Source: an uncultured virus (IMG/VR IMGVR_UViG_3300042342_001499) | Lineage: Duplodnaviria; Heunggongvirae; Uroviricota; Caudoviricetes | Virus record (IMG/VR): IMGVR_UViG_3300042342_001499 | Direction: 5' to 3' (one strand) | DNA: 64,000 nucleotides | Part shown: one piece after another, positions 49,802-60,031 of the stretch | Layout of the letters: every line of letters starts with the position of its first letter | Numbering within the stretch: the stretch's first letter is position 1 | Program-made: the position numbers and the translations under genes | The notes under the pieces: model-generated | The model's input: only the letters and a program-made list of their open reading frames with translations | What the model was told of the DNA's origin: nothing | The model's database searches: none

Positions 49802-50236
49802 CTATTTCTTTTTACTATATCTGCAAGATTTGCATAGATTATAAAGCCATCCCTTACCTATAGTTCTTACATTCTTATTGCTTCCACACCTTTCACAAGT
49901 TCTGTAGCATTCATCTTCTGCTTGCTTTACTATTTCTTCTATCTCTGGACCAAAATGTCCATATATTCTAAGTCCTGCAAACTTATCTTTAATATCCGTT
50001 ACTATTTGTCCGTTAGTTAGCTTCTTACGCACTTTATACCAAAATCTATACTTAATCCCAATAACGGAATTTCCGGTTGCTAAAAAGTGTATTTTACGCT
50101 TAATAAACATAGGTATCCAACTGGGCCACATGGCTTTTTCAATATCCTCTATTGCTTTTTCAACTACATGCTTCCATCCTTTAGGAACACCTGGATATGA
50201 ATATCCTATATGTTTATATTTTTCATTTATTTCCAT
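49802..50236 (-). CDS. Hypothetical protein with a C-terminal Zn ribbon
   Basis: IKDKFAGLRIY; CERCG...CKSC. Confidence 0.6.
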   Translation of the reverse strand: MEINEKYKHIGYSYPGVPKGWKHVVEKAIEDIEKAMWPSWIPMFIKRKIHFLATGNSVIGIKYRFWYKVRKKLTNGQIVTDIKDKFAGLRIYGHFGPEIEEIVKQAEDECYRTCERCGSNKNVRTIGKGWLYNLCKSCRYSKKK

Positions 50237-50612
50237 CTACTTCATTTATTTCTTGATCATCTTGATCATTATTTTCTTCTGTTTTATCTTCACTTAAATA
50301 TCTTATAGATCTTATCCACACCATTAAAGATACACCAGCTGATAATTTTCCAAAGAATTGGGCTTTGTATCCAATACCTAAAAATATAAGATATAGAATA
50401 GCAAAAATTCCTATTAATCCAAATCCAGGTTCCCATATGTATTTACCTTCTTTCAATTTGGAAAAATTGAATATCACAATGAATAGACACACAACATAGG
50501 TTAGTGCTAAAATTGGCATTCTTACATCAAATAGAATTGATAATTCTTCAGCAATTCCAATTCCGAAGAAAATGGCTAACAGGTGTTTAATATTAGAATC
50601 GTTTAAGTACAT
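50223..50612 (-). CDS. Membrane protein
   Basis: Four hydrophobic segments. Confidence 0.55.
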   Translation of the reverse strand: MYLNDSNIKHLLAIFFGIGIAEELSILFDVRMPILALTYVVCLFIVIFNFSKLKEGKYIWEPGFGLIGIFAILYLIFLGIGYKAQFFGKLSAGVSLMVWIRSIRYLSEDKTEENNDQDDQEINEVDGNK

Positions 50613-52029
50613 ATAGTTTTTTACTTGATCTTGTGTATGCTGTATATTTTATTCTATTTCTTTCTACAACATTGGGGTTAACATCTATATCATCATCCAA
50701 AACAAAAGCTGTTGTATATGTGCTTCCTTGAGATTTATGAGCAGTTATAGAATAAGCATAGCTAACATCTGCAAATCTTCTGATAAAGTCGTAATACTTT
50801 ATCCAAGATTTTTCTTTGCCTTTTTTCTCTATTGCTATCTTTTTTAATTTGTTTGCTAGAACAAAGAAATATGATTCGCTGTCCTCGTGAAGAATATCAA
50901 TAAAATATGTGATTTTTTTGTCTTCATCATTTAAGAATGTAACTCCAGTTTCATAATATTTTAAGCCTCCTTCTTCGTCAGCAACCTTAACCTTCTCAGT
51001 TTTTATTTCAAATTTATCAACAGTAAATTCATCGTTAGTGTTGAAAAGAATTTGTCCCATCTCAATTATAGGATTATTTGCTATAAGCTTTTCTCCTAGT
51101 AATATCTTAGATCCAATAGATTCATCCCCGTATATAACTTTCCTTACTAATTGATTCATTTTCTCTACTGTCTTATTCCTCCATGCAATTATTTTAGAAT
51201 ATTCAGGATCTTCTTTAAATTCTTCACTATTAAAATACGATGAAAGTATATCATTAAAAGATTCTCTTATCGAAGAAGAATTAAGATTTAGAAATTCTAT
51301 TCCCTCTCCTCTATCATTTAGATTAGATTCTATACCAGTCTCTATATAAGGATTTTCCAAATCAGTTCTAATTAATACTGATGTATCAATTATAGGATTA
51401 TCGCCTTTCTGTCTCATGATGGTTTTTAACTCCAAAGTTTTTATACCATACATTTCTAATAATTCATCCATAAATGGAATACAATCAGGTTTTCCAACCG
51501 GAGGAATTTGAGCCGGATCTCCCATGCAGATTATTTTGATATCACTTCTATATCTAAGAATCTCGTGAAATAAATCATCGTTAAGCATAGAAACCTCATC
51601 TATTATAAGAAGCTTTGTCTTTTTTATCTGAGGCTCAAAATCTCCTTGATTTACAAACTCCTGTTGACCGTCGGAAGTGATTCTTTCAGTCAGTCCCAAA
51701 AGCTTATGTATTGTCTGAAAAGTTACTCTAGGATTTTTTATACCTGTAGTCTTTTTTATAACTCTAACAGATTTATTAGTTGGTCCAGTTACTGCTATTT
51801 TATACCAATTTTTGTTCGGATAAATCACGTCAAGAACATACTTCACCAAGAAACTAACACAATAGGTTTTACCTGTTCCTGCCCATCCTTTTAGTACATA
51901 AATACTATCGTCATTCCTATCATAAATAAAATCTTTCAATTCATCAAAAGATTTCTTCTGATCGCCATTTAATGTGGAAATATCTACTATTGACTTGTAT
52001 TTTTTGTCCTTAACTTTTTCCCCGCTCAT
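50593..52029 (-). CDS. Dda/RecD-like SF1B DNA helicase
   Basis: GWAGTGKT, IIDEVSM, GDPAQIPPV, TAHKSQGST, YTAYTR. Confidence 0.92.
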   Translation of the reverse strand: MSGEKVKDKKYKSIVDISTLNGDQKKSFDELKDFIYDRNDDSIYVLKGWAGTGKTYCVSFLVKYVLDVIYPNKNWYKIAVTGPTNKSVRVIKKTTGIKNPRVTFQTIHKLLGLTERITSDGQQEFVNQGDFEPQIKKTKLLIIDEVSMLNDDLFHEILRYRSDIKIICMGDPAQIPPVGKPDCIPFMDELLEMYGIKTLELKTIMRQKGDNPIIDTSVLIRTDLENPYIETGIESNLNDRGEGIEFLNLNSSSIRESFNDILSSYFNSEEFKEDPEYSKIIAWRNKTVEKMNQLVRKVIYGDESIGSKILLGEKLIANNPIIEMGQILFNTNDEFTVDKFEIKTEKVKVADEEGGLKYYETGVTFLNDEDKKITYFIDILHEDSESYFFVLANKLKKIAIEKKGKEKSWIKYYDFIRRFADVSYAYSITAHKSQGSTYTTAFVLDDDIDVNPNVVERNRIKYTAYTRSSKKLYVLKRF

Positions 52030-52032
52030 TCT

Positions 52033-52605
52033 TTATAAAATAACCTCGTCTATAACTTTAAATTTAATTGCCTCATTTGAATCCATATACCAATCTTTTT
52101 TTGATTTATAAACTCTCTCCAATCTTTTAGCCGGTATTTTTGTCTGCTCGAGAGTAATTTCTTCTACGTGTTTTTGTAGTCTTAGCATCTCAACTAATTC
52201 TTCTTCTATATCTTTAACCTTACCAACTGCTCCACCCCCAACTTGATGATAAAGATAAGTTGATCTTGGATACCCATATCTTTTATGCCCTGATATAGAA
52301 ATTAAAAATCCACAAGACATAGCACATCCAGTAACTATCGTGTGAATAGGAGCTTTACTAGATTTCATTATTCCTAAAAGACCTAGACATTGATAGACTA
52401 ATCCACCATACGAATCTATATATAACTTTATAGGTTTAGGTACGTATTGTAAATCATGAGCTTCGTATATTCTTTCAATATACTCATCGTGGTCGTTAAT
52501 TCCAATAATTTCTTTAGAGATAGCATTAATGGAACTTTGTGATACCTGACGATCAAGAAATAATTTTCTTTCTTTTGGACTGGGCAAATTAATAGTTTCT
52601 GACAT
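52033..52605 (-). CDS. ClpP-like protease
   Basis: IDSYGG, AMSCG, YHQ, DWYMDSNEA...ID. Confidence 0.85.
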   Translation of the reverse strand: MSETINLPSPKERKLFLDRQVSQSSINAISKEIIGINDHDEYIERIYEAHDLQYVPKPIKLYIDSYGGLVYQCLGLLGIMKSSKAPIHTIVTGCAMSCGFLISISGHKRYGYPRSTYLYHQVGGGAVGKVKDIEEELVEMLRLQKHVEEITLEQTKIPAKRLERVYKSKKDWYMDSNEAIKFKVIDEVIL

Positions 52606-52606
52606 T

Positions 52607-53128
52607 TTATTTTGTTATGTGTATTTTTATTTGATGTAAACAATCTTTATTATATAGATTGAATATGGGTATAAAGTTTCTCTTAGCAATTCTAAGTGCT
52701 TGTCCAGTACCTCCTTCTATCCTACCACCTTTAGTCCAACACACAATAAAAGAAACGGGTGTTTTAAGGTCCTTGCCTAGAACTTGGAATGTGTTTCTAG
52801 TCATAAGCTTTTTTGCAGCTTCAGACAAATAGTTCCAAGAAGGATGGTGATCCTTAGCTATCTCTCTAGCTTCAGCTACTTTAGTCTGATCCATATTGTC
52901 AAGATAAAGATCAGAGATATTATCATTAAATCCTTTCCATGGTAGATATATTTCTTTGTCGTGAATGCAATGAGTTTCAAACATAAAATCAGACCCAGGA
53001 GCTGCTCCTGATCTTAAAGTGTATCCAAAAAGTCCTAAAAACCGAGCAGCTTCTTCAATCATTGGCTCTATTCCTGGGGGTGTTTCTCTAGAACCTATTC
53101 CAGCATAAAATTTATTAACAGATTCCAT
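52607..53128 (-). CDS. SLOG/DprA-like nucleotide-binding protein
   Basis: YAGIGSRETP, SGAAPGSD, GGTGQALRIA. Confidence 0.72.
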   Translation of the reverse strand: MESVNKFYAGIGSRETPPGIEPMIEEAARFLGLFGYTLRSGAAPGSDFMFETHCIHDKEIYLPWKGFNDNISDLYLDNMDQTKVAEAREIAKDHHPSWNYLSEAAKKLMTRNTFQVLGKDLKTPVSFIVCWTKGGRIEGGTGQALRIAKRNFIPIFNLYNKDCLHQIKIHITK

Positions 53129-53133
53129 TATAA

Positions 53134-53436
53134 TTATTTATTTTTTTCTTCCTGCAATTTCTTATAGTGATCTTTTCCTGATCCTTTTACATATTGTACA
53201 GAAACGCCCTTTGGCGTATGTAGTTCCACAAATAGCGGATTTCCTATAGCTAAGCAGATATTAATATTGTGAGAGTTAAGTTTCATCTCAATTAAGAATT
53301 CCCGATTTTTCCCTAAGAATTTAATCTTACTATCTGTAATATCTAAAGATTCATTAATCTTTATACTTATAGATTTTTCGTTATTAACAAAAGCTTCCCA
53401 ATCTGTTACTGATGGTGCTTGGTGATTTTCGGTCAT
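53134..53436 (-). CDS. Hypothetical protein
   Basis: ORF track. Confidence 0.45.
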   Translation of the reverse strand: MTENHQAPSVTDWEAFVNNEKSISIKINESLDITDSKIKFLGKNREFLIEMKLNSHNINICLAIGNPLFVELHTPKGVSVQYVKGSGKDHYKKLQEEKNK

Positions 53437-53630
53437 TAATTTACTACTTATTTGCTTTCACCCCAGCTACAGTATTTTCGTATATTCCTTTAGCTATAAA
53501 ATGCTCTCTTATTTTTTTACCCAGCTCTGAATCGTTTGGGTATTTTTTAACCATCTCTTCGATAGCTCCGATTTCGTCAATTTTATTATCTCCCATATTC
53601 TTTTATTTATTATACTGGGATAAAACTATT

Positions 53631-54140
53631 TTATTTCATCAATAAACTTTCTGATGCTTTCGGATAATCTAATAAATTGTCACCCCCTTGATTTTTTCCT
53701 TGATTAACTTTTTGTTTGCTCCAGTATTCGTAAAGAGACTCTGCAGAAAAAAATCCAACATGAAATACATCAATAAAAAGTCTATCTAAAGACAAATCAC
53801 TTATATTCTTTTTTTTCATCATATAAGCTATGTAATATGTATACATGACAGCTTCACCCGGAGATGAACAGGAAAGAGATATTAATATTCTTGATGCTTT
53901 ATCAATCTTACAGTTAATACTATTTAATCTACCTTCTAATATTGATAAAATCCCATGCTGAGACTTAATATCATCATACATTTCATCTATCTCACTCTGT
54001 GAAAATTGAAGTAATTTAATGATAATTTTTTTTTGTGTTTCATCTAATCCTTTTCTCACTCCATCTTCGTCTAATGGTTTACAGAAGATCATTTCGACAC
54101 TATTGGGTAATTGCGTTACTTCGTAATCTAAATAAGTCAT
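53631..54140 (-). CDS. Hypothetical protein
   Basis: ORF track. Confidence 0.55.
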   Translation of the reverse strand: MTYLDYEVTQLPNSVEMIFCKPLDEDGVRKGLDETQKKIIIKLLQFSQSEIDEMYDDIKSQHGILSILEGRLNSINCKIDKASRILISLSCSSPGEAVMYTYYIAYMMKKKNISDLSLDRLFIDVFHVGFFSAESLYEYWSKQKVNQGKNQGGDNLLDYPKASESLLMK

Positions 54141-54156
54141 GATTTTAATTTTTTAA

Positions 54157-54498
54157 TTAGATCTTTAAATCTTGTGTGTGTCTCTTAATAAATTGTGCTT
54201 TGGTAAGAAGTGAAGCATTAGTTTTTAAACCAATCATTCTATTGATATCCTTCTCAGAGATGTATAGAGGTTTTTTATTCTTATAGAAAAAGCTACCCTG
54301 TGTTTTCTCTACGAAAGAAACTCTCTCAAGGAATTTAGAACAGTTCTCTTCCGTTATCTCCCTCATTCCCACTATCATTGTACAAAAAATTATTGTACGA
54401 TAAGGTTCCTTCATTTGTGTATTTTCTTGTGTAATTTCACTTCTTTCCCACAATTTTTTGTAATTCTTTATTTCCCTTAAGTCATAATTTAGTGCCAT
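54157..54498 (-). CDS. Hypothetical protein
   Basis: ORF track. Confidence 0.55.
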   Translation of the reverse strand: MALNYDLREIKNYKKLWERSEITQENTQMKEPYRTIIFCTMIVGMREITEENCSKFLERVSFVEKTQGSFFYKNKKPLYISEKDINRMIGLKTNASLLTKAQFIKRHTQDLKI

Positions 54499-54563
54499 AA
54501 TATTTAAGATTAGTTTATTAGATTTTGATAATATTACAATTTTCCCAATTTAATGTATTAGAA

Positions 54564-54776
54564 TTATCTTTCAAACTTGAGTTCTCCATCAACGTAAACT
54601 TTAATGATTGATTCGTCTTTAGTAATTCTTTTAATATATGCTCCAGGATTTTTAATCTTGTCATATACTAATCTTAGACCTTTGTCGTTAAAAGTCTCTA
54701 CTACAGAACCGCCAGGAATATGGCTTTCTGGATTTGTCCGGTAATTATCCAGGACCTTAATTATTTTTTCACCCAT
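54564..54776 (-). CDS. Hypothetical protein
   Basis: ORF track. Confidence 0.5.
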   Translation of the reverse strand: MGEKIIKVLDNYRTNPESHIPGGSVVETFNDKGLRLVYDKIKNPGAYIKRITKDESIIKVYVDGELKFER

Positions 54777-54835
54777 ATTAGTTATTTTGGGTAAATATAG
54801 AAACTTCTAGTTGTATAAAAAAATGATTTCTGAAA

Positions 54836-55609
54836 TTATGCTAACTGAGCTTCAGATCCCCATGTTTTTTTATATGGACCTACATATCTGAATGCTGCAG
54901 TTTGTGAAGGATTTCTTGCAGCAACACTAGACCAGCTATTCAAGTTATAGTTCATTTCAATCTGTCCTTTTTTATCTCCTTTAAATCCCCCGGATGAATT
55001 AGAAATTATATTTCCTCCATTTATAACAACACCTACGTGACCAGCTTTTGATCCTCTAGCAGTTAGAATTATGTCGCCAGGTTGTGATCCTGTTTTCCAA
55101 TCTGTTATTTTTTTCCAAACACCGTCGCTTTTTTCACTTTCTTTACTCATGTAACTCCAAAGAGATCCTGTACCAAGAGTGATAGCTCCAGATCCAGCTA
55201 TAGCATATCCAGTTGCTCTATAAAATATAATAGAAACAGCTGCTGCACATCCTAGATTACCCCCTCCTGTTCCTGGTATTTTTCTTGTTGGTACATTAAG
55301 ATTAGCATAAGCTGAATTGACTATATTTCCTATAGGACCTCTAAGGGGTTGTTTATAATCAGCACCGTCATTCTTATCCATTATTCCCGCAGTAGATCCG
55401 TAAGAATCCATTTGGTCAGTATTTATATTAGCTATAGGAGCTAATGCTTGTCCTAACCCAGAAGGAGCTTCGGCTGGAAAAAGATTAGGTTCTGCTATTC
55501 CAGTTTCTTCAACAGATATTCCCATTAGTTTATTAAACATAGCTATATCAGCCTTAAATAATTGTTCATTTACAATTTTAAAATTCTCTATGGTTTTAAG
55601 GTGTTTCAT
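54836..55609 (-). CDS. NlpC/P60-CHAP-like amidohydrolase, probably virion-associated
   Basis: LGCAAAVS...PGDII...GHVGV Cys/His pair. Confidence 0.68.
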   Translation of the reverse strand: MKHLKTIENFKIVNEQLFKADIAMFNKLMGISVEETGIAEPNLFPAEAPSGLGQALAPIANINTDQMDSYGSTAGIMDKNDGADYKQPLRGPIGNIVNSAYANLNVPTRKIPGTGGGNLGCAAAVSIIFYRATGYAIAGSGAITLGTGSLWSYMSKESEKSDGVWKKITDWKTGSQPGDIILTARGSKAGHVGVVINGGNIISNSSGGFKGDKKGQIEMNYNLNSWSSVAARNPSQTAAFRYVGPYKKTWGSEAQLA

Positions 55610-55611
55610 TA

Positions 55612-56328
55612 TTAAATATATTTTATCAATGCCTCAACTGCATCATTGTTTGTCTCCATGTGATTATTTTTGCTATTTGCTACAGATTTTGAAACAGTCT
55701 GCGAGATAGTATTTCTTGCTGTATTATTATTTGCTCCAAAACTGGTATAATAATATTCAACTTTTTCTTTATTGTCTTTAGCTAGTTTAGTGTAGAAATC
55801 TGATACAGAAGAATTACCCATCCAAATATCAACTAGATAGATTTTATCAAATTTATCAGCACCAACACTTTTTAATAATTCCATTCCTGGTTTATATCCC
55901 CCAGAAAATAAATAAAGTATCTTTTTAGATGGAGTTATATCTTTTTTAATTACTGAATCATAAGAAGCCTTACCATTGACATTTGAATTAGATGCGACAA
56001 AAAGATTAAACTTGTTTCCTGTTTTATTAAAGTAATCGTACATATACTCTCCACTTTGTTTCCCGCCTACTGGAATTCCCCCAAAAACAATAGCTAATGG
56101 CGATGATTTACTTGCACCATCACTAAATTTGCCATAATCTCCTACAACTCCTGCTGCCTTATCTGGTGCAGGCCCTGTTCCTCCTCCTGCTCCTCCTGTT
56201 CCTCCACTATCATCTTTAGATTTAGAATCATCATTTTTTAAAATACCTTTAGTAAGCTCCCTAGTAATGTTTCCAAACAATTGTTCGTTTACTTGTTTAA
56301 ACTCATCTATTGATTTCAAATGCTTCAT
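55612..56328 (-). CDS. Alpha/beta-hydrolase-like protein
   Basis: LFSGG elbow-like motif, LVD, C-terminal H; MKHLKS start preferred (in-frame ATG also at 56397). Confidence 0.5.
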   Translation of the reverse strand: MKHLKSIDEFKQVNEQLFGNITRELTKGILKNDDSKSKDDSGGTGGAGGGTGPAPDKAAGVVGDYGKFSDGASKSSPLAIVFGGIPVGGKQSGEYMYDYFNKTGNKFNLFVASNSNVNGKASYDSVIKKDITPSKKILYLFSGGYKPGMELLKSVGADKFDKIYLVDIWMGNSSVSDFYTKLAKDNKEKVEYYYTSFGANNNTARNTISQTVSKSVANSKNNHMETNNDAVEALIKYI

Positions 56329-56442
56329 TCTATTACTTCTATTATGTATATAACCTAATATAAAAAATAGTCCTATAATAATACAGGATCTTATCATCTA
56401 CTATATATCAAAAGAATACGAGGGTTTTATTTGATAATGTAT

Positions 56443-57423
56443 TTATTGATTAAGTATCCAAGCAAATATAAGAGGAGCAACTATCGTTGCATCAGATTCT
56501 ACTATAAATTTTGGAGTGTCTGCGTCCAATTTACCCCATGTTATTTTCTCATTCGGTACTGCTCCTGAGTAAGATCCATAAGATGTTGTTGAATCTGATA
56601 TTTGACAGAAGTAAGACCAGAATGGCACATCTTCCCATTCAAGATCCTGATACATCATCGGAACAACACATATTGGAAAATCACCAGCAATGCCTCCGCC
56701 AATTTGGAAAAATCCTATTCCAGGCTCTGAACAATTATTTCTGTACCATTCACTAAGATAAACCATATATTCAATACCATTTCTTACAGTATTCGGGTCT
56801 AATTCGCCTTTTATAACATAAGAAGCAAATATATTCCCTAATGTTGAATCTTCCCATCCAGGTACAACCATCGGTAGATTTCTTTCTGCTGCAGCAACCA
56901 TCCAAGAGTCCTTAGGATCAATCTCATAATACTGTGTGAGAACACCACTATTAATTAACATATACATGAATTCATGTGGAAAATATTTTTCTCCCACATC
57001 TTCTGCTTCTTTCCAAAGATTATAGATATGTGATTGTAATCTCCTAAAAGCCTCTTCTTCGGGAATACATGTATCAGTAACTCTATTTAAACCTTGGTCT
57101 AGCAATTCTCTTTCTTGCTCGGGTGTAAGATCCCTATAATTTGGTATTCTTTTATAATGTGAATGTGCTACGAGATTCATTAGATCCTCTTCTAAGTTAG
57201 CTCCAGTACAAGAGATAATATCAACTTTACCAGCTCTAATCATTTCTGCTAAAGAAATACCTAGCTCTGCTGTACTCATTGCACCAGCAAGCGAAACTAG
57301 CATTTTACCTCCCTTATCTATGTGAGTCTCGTAGCCAATTGCTGCATCTTTTAATGCAGCGGCATTAAAATGCTTGTAATTTCTTTCTATAAACATTGAT
57401 ATAGGACCTTTCTTCTTTGCCAT
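56443..57423 (-). CDS. Deoxyhypusine-synthase-like protein (homospermidine synthase candidate)
   Basis: TGANLEED, IGGGIAGDF, GSYSGAVPNEKITWGK, SDATIVAPL. Confidence 0.92.
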   Translation of the reverse strand: MAKKKGPISMFIERNYKHFNAAALKDAAIGYETHIDKGGKMLVSLAGAMSTAELGISLAEMIRAGKVDIISCTGANLEEDLMNLVAHSHYKRIPNYRDLTPEQERELLDQGLNRVTDTCIPEEEAFRRLQSHIYNLWKEAEDVGEKYFPHEFMYMLINSGVLTQYYEIDPKDSWMVAAAERNLPMVVPGWEDSTLGNIFASYVIKGELDPNTVRNGIEYMVYLSEWYRNNCSEPGIGFFQIGGGIAGDFPICVVPMMYQDLEWEDVPFWSYFCQISDSTTSYGSYSGAVPNEKITWGKLDADTPKFIVESDATIVAPLIFAWILNQ

Positions 57424-57532
57424 ATTCTTTTTTATTTAATTATAGTGTGAGAGAATGAAATTATTTCGAATATATAATATACAATTATATGTAGTAAATT
57501 CTTACATTTACAAAAAACTAATATAAAACCCC

Positions 57533-57754
57533 ATGAAGTCTTACGAAAAACAATTAGAAGAATTTGGAAAAGAAATTGCTGATGAAGTTATCTTAAAAGA
57601 GAAAAATTATAAATACGAAGTATTTTTAGACAGATATGAAATAGCAAGATCTTTATCTTCTATACACAATCAGGATTTAAGAAAAGCAACGGAAGATTTA
57701 GACAGATCCATAGATAAGTCTTTGTCTAGAATAAGAAACCAGGATCAATACTAG
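57533..57754 (+). CDS. Hypothetical protein
   Basis: ORF track. Confidence 0.5.
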   Translation: MKSYEKQLEEFGKEIADEVILKEKNYKYEVFLDRYEIARSLSSIHNQDLRKATEDLDRSIDKSLSRIRNQDQY

Positions 57755-58059
57755 ATATTTCTAACTAATCTCACATACAATTGATTAGATTGATTAGTAA
57801 TGTGTGGTGAATATCCTTTGCCTAAATTGTAATACCAAGCTTTATTACCAGATGAAGATGCTGACCAATATTTTTCTGGCTTAAATCCACCTATTCCTAA
57901 TTTAGAAAAGTTATAGATATCTTTAAATTCCAATTCGGTAGGTAATCTCCATCCGTTTCCCCCCAATGCTTCAAGTTCTCCTGCAACTGATGTCCATGGC
58001 ATTTTATTAGGAAGATCCTCAAACATTATTTCTAGCCTATTTAAAATAATATTGTTCAT
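57751..58059 (-). CDS. DUF1566/Lcl-like protein, paralog of 674-1045
   Basis: GWRLPT, GIGGF, YWS, VRLVRNI. Confidence 0.6.
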   Translation of the reverse strand: MNNIILNRLEIMFEDLPNKMPWTSVAGELEALGGNGWRLPTELEFKDIYNFSKLGIGGFKPEKYWSASSSGNKAWYYNLGKGYSPHITNQSNQLYVRLVRNI

Positions 58060-58097
58060 ATATCACTATATATTAAAGAAGGTGTAATATATAATAT

Positions 58098-58616
58098 ATG
58101 TTCAAATATATTTCAAAAATCCTAGCACAATTCTCAACTCCACAAAAAATTGTGGCTCTTTCCATGCTACTTTTAGCAATTGTAATAATTAGTATAGCAC
58201 CTTCTTTTATATCATCAATAACATTAGATAGGGACGAATTAGATAGTGAAATAAAAAAACAAGATGTGAAGATAGAGAAATTAGAATCTGATGTTGATTC
58301 ATTAGAATCTAGTATAAGAAGAAACGAAAAAGAATGTACAAATCAAATAGTATTCAGGGAAGAAGAATTTTTACAAATGCTAGATCAATTAAAAGGTGAT
58401 ATTCGAAGCAATAATAGAAACACAGAAGAAAGAATAGTAAGACTTAATACTATTTCAAAAGAAAAAAGAATATACACCGTTGGTGATTCCTCCGTATCTA
58501 TGATGCTTGTACCTGAATCACCTAGAGAGGAGAAAGTAATAGTTTACAAAAAACCCCGGATCAGTTCAACTATATCTATGATAGATGAGATGAAAAAGAA
58601 GATAAAAAAGAATTAA
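58098..58616 (+). CDS. TM plus coiled-coil protein
   Basis: N-terminal TM followed by heptads. Confidence 0.55.
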   Translation: MFKYISKILAQFSTPQKIVALSMLLLAIVIISIAPSFISSITLDRDELDSEIKKQDVKIEKLESDVDSLESSIRRNEKECTNQIVFREEEFLQMLDQLKGDIRSNNRNTEERIVRLNTISKEKRIYTVGDSSVSMMLVPESPREEKVIVYKKPRISSTISMIDEMKKKIKKN

Positions 58617-58988
58617 TTATCTAGGAAAATCTTTACCTCTAGCAACTACGTGTATTTCGCAATTCTCTGGTTTAAATAAATCCTTAGTTATCTGTATAGC
58701 TCTTTCAACATCAAAATCTTTGCAAGAGAATATATCAATGAAGCAATATCCTTTATCTTCAAACGAATGAACAGATATATGACTTTCCGCAATAATAACG
58801 ATTCCAGTAATTCCTTTATCCTCAGGGACTAATCCCGAATAAGGAAAAACATATGGTTGAGTTATAGGAGTCATGTGAATTAACCCAGGAAGGGATTTTA
58901 AATAATCAAAATGCAAGTTATAATCCGATAATACCTCTTTTGGGCATCCTTTTAAATCTAGGGTAATATGAGGTCCGAATTCTTCCAT
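58617..58988 (-). CDS. speD: Pyruvoyl-dependent S-adenosylmethionine decarboxylase family protein
   Basis: GITGIVIIAESHISVH self-cleavage motif; DIFSCK. Confidence 0.88.
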   Translation of the reverse strand: MEEFGPHITLDLKGCPKEVLSDYNLHFDYLKSLPGLIHMTPITQPYVFPYSGLVPEDKGITGIVIIAESHISVHSFEDKGYCFIDIFSCKDFDVERAIQITKDLFKPENCEIHVVARGKDFPR

Positions 58989-59044
58989 TTTTTAAAAAAA
59001 TTATTTATTGATTATATATCAACTATTATTAAATAAAAAAGCAT

Positions 59045-59074
59045 AAAAAAAGCCTGCTTTTTAAAAAGCAGGCT
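59045..59074 (-). terminator. Intrinsic terminator
   Basis: AGCCTGCTTTT/AAAAGCAGGCT inverted repeat with a U tract. Confidence 0.75.
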
Positions 59075-59098
59075 AATAATTTATTAACAATGTTTTAC

Positions 59099-59533
59099 TT
59101 ATAATTGTTCTTTTCCACCTTTACCAAAAAGACCAAATTTTCCTAACATAGATGCGCCTTTATTAAATGCACCTAAATTACCCATCTTACTAGCATCAAC
59201 ATTTTCAAATTTATTAACAGATTCAAAATCTGAATTAAATACCTCAATCTCGAACATTAAAGGAGAAATTGATTTAGTAATAAATCTATTAAATCCCCCA
59301 TCTGAGTTTTTTCTATGAGACATAAAAAGACCTGCTTCTAATATTTGTGAATCATTTCCATTTTTTTCTGCAGACATTAAAAAATCTGCCAATTCAGTAA
59401 TAGAAAGAGTCTCTGGTATAGATGATTGTATCGGATTAGTTATTTGATCGTCGAAAGGCATCCAATCAAAAATTAGATCGTCTGTGCTTCCTATATTAGA
59501 ATCAAAATTTTCAAAAAGCTTAATATATTTCAT
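59099..59533 (-). CDS. Hypothetical protein with MKYIKLFENF motif
   Basis: ORF; shared N-terminal motif. Confidence 0.6.
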   Translation of the reverse strand: MKYIKLFENFDSNIGSTDDLIFDWMPFDDQITNPIQSSIPETLSITELADFLMSAEKNGNDSQILEAGLFMSHRKNSDGGFNRFITKSISPLMFEIEVFNSDFESVNKFENVDASKMGNLGAFNKGASMLGKFGLFGKGGKEQL

Positions 59534-59695
59534 TTTAATATTTTTTTATAGATTATATATCTTTATTTTCGTATAAAACAAAAATATAATAAAGCAGTTA
59601 ATGAAATAACAGGAATAAATAAAATTAAAAATTCATTGACACCACTAATAGGTTTACAACTAAGATCACAATTAGGATCCCCGCAATATAAACAT

Positions 59696-59971
59696 TTATT
59701 TCCTTCTCCTTTTTTCATTTTTCTTCTTGTTATTTGTGTAACAATATCTATCTAAAGGAAGAGCATTTACCAGAAGTATAACAGGTTTCTTCTGTTCCTG
59801 TGTATCTTCATAATTTTTCCAAGAATACGCAATTGAATGACCAATATCATTATTAAGAAGCCATAATGTATCTCTATTAGGAGAAACTAAAGATATTCTT
59901 TGGTTCCATGAATCTTGTGTATATGACGTCGCATAAAACAATAAGAATAAGCTTAAGGAAAAGATTTTCAT
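59696..59971 (-). CDS. Exported hypothetical protein
   Basis: Signal-peptide-like N-terminus. Confidence 0.45.
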   Translation of the reverse strand: MKIFSLSLFLLFYATSYTQDSWNQRISLVSPNRDTLWLLNNDIGHSIAYSWKNYEDTQEQKKPVILLVNALPLDRYCYTNNKKKNEKRRRK

Positions 59972-60031
59972 AATATATTTGGATATTATATAAATATAGA
60001 ATATTTTTGTTTCCCGAAAAAATAAAAAAAA

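Noticed and set aside
56329..56397. MIRSCII start shared with ORF 48182
   Set aside because: Only 7 residues match and the downstream MKHLKS start fits the paralog family; coincidence cannot be excluded.
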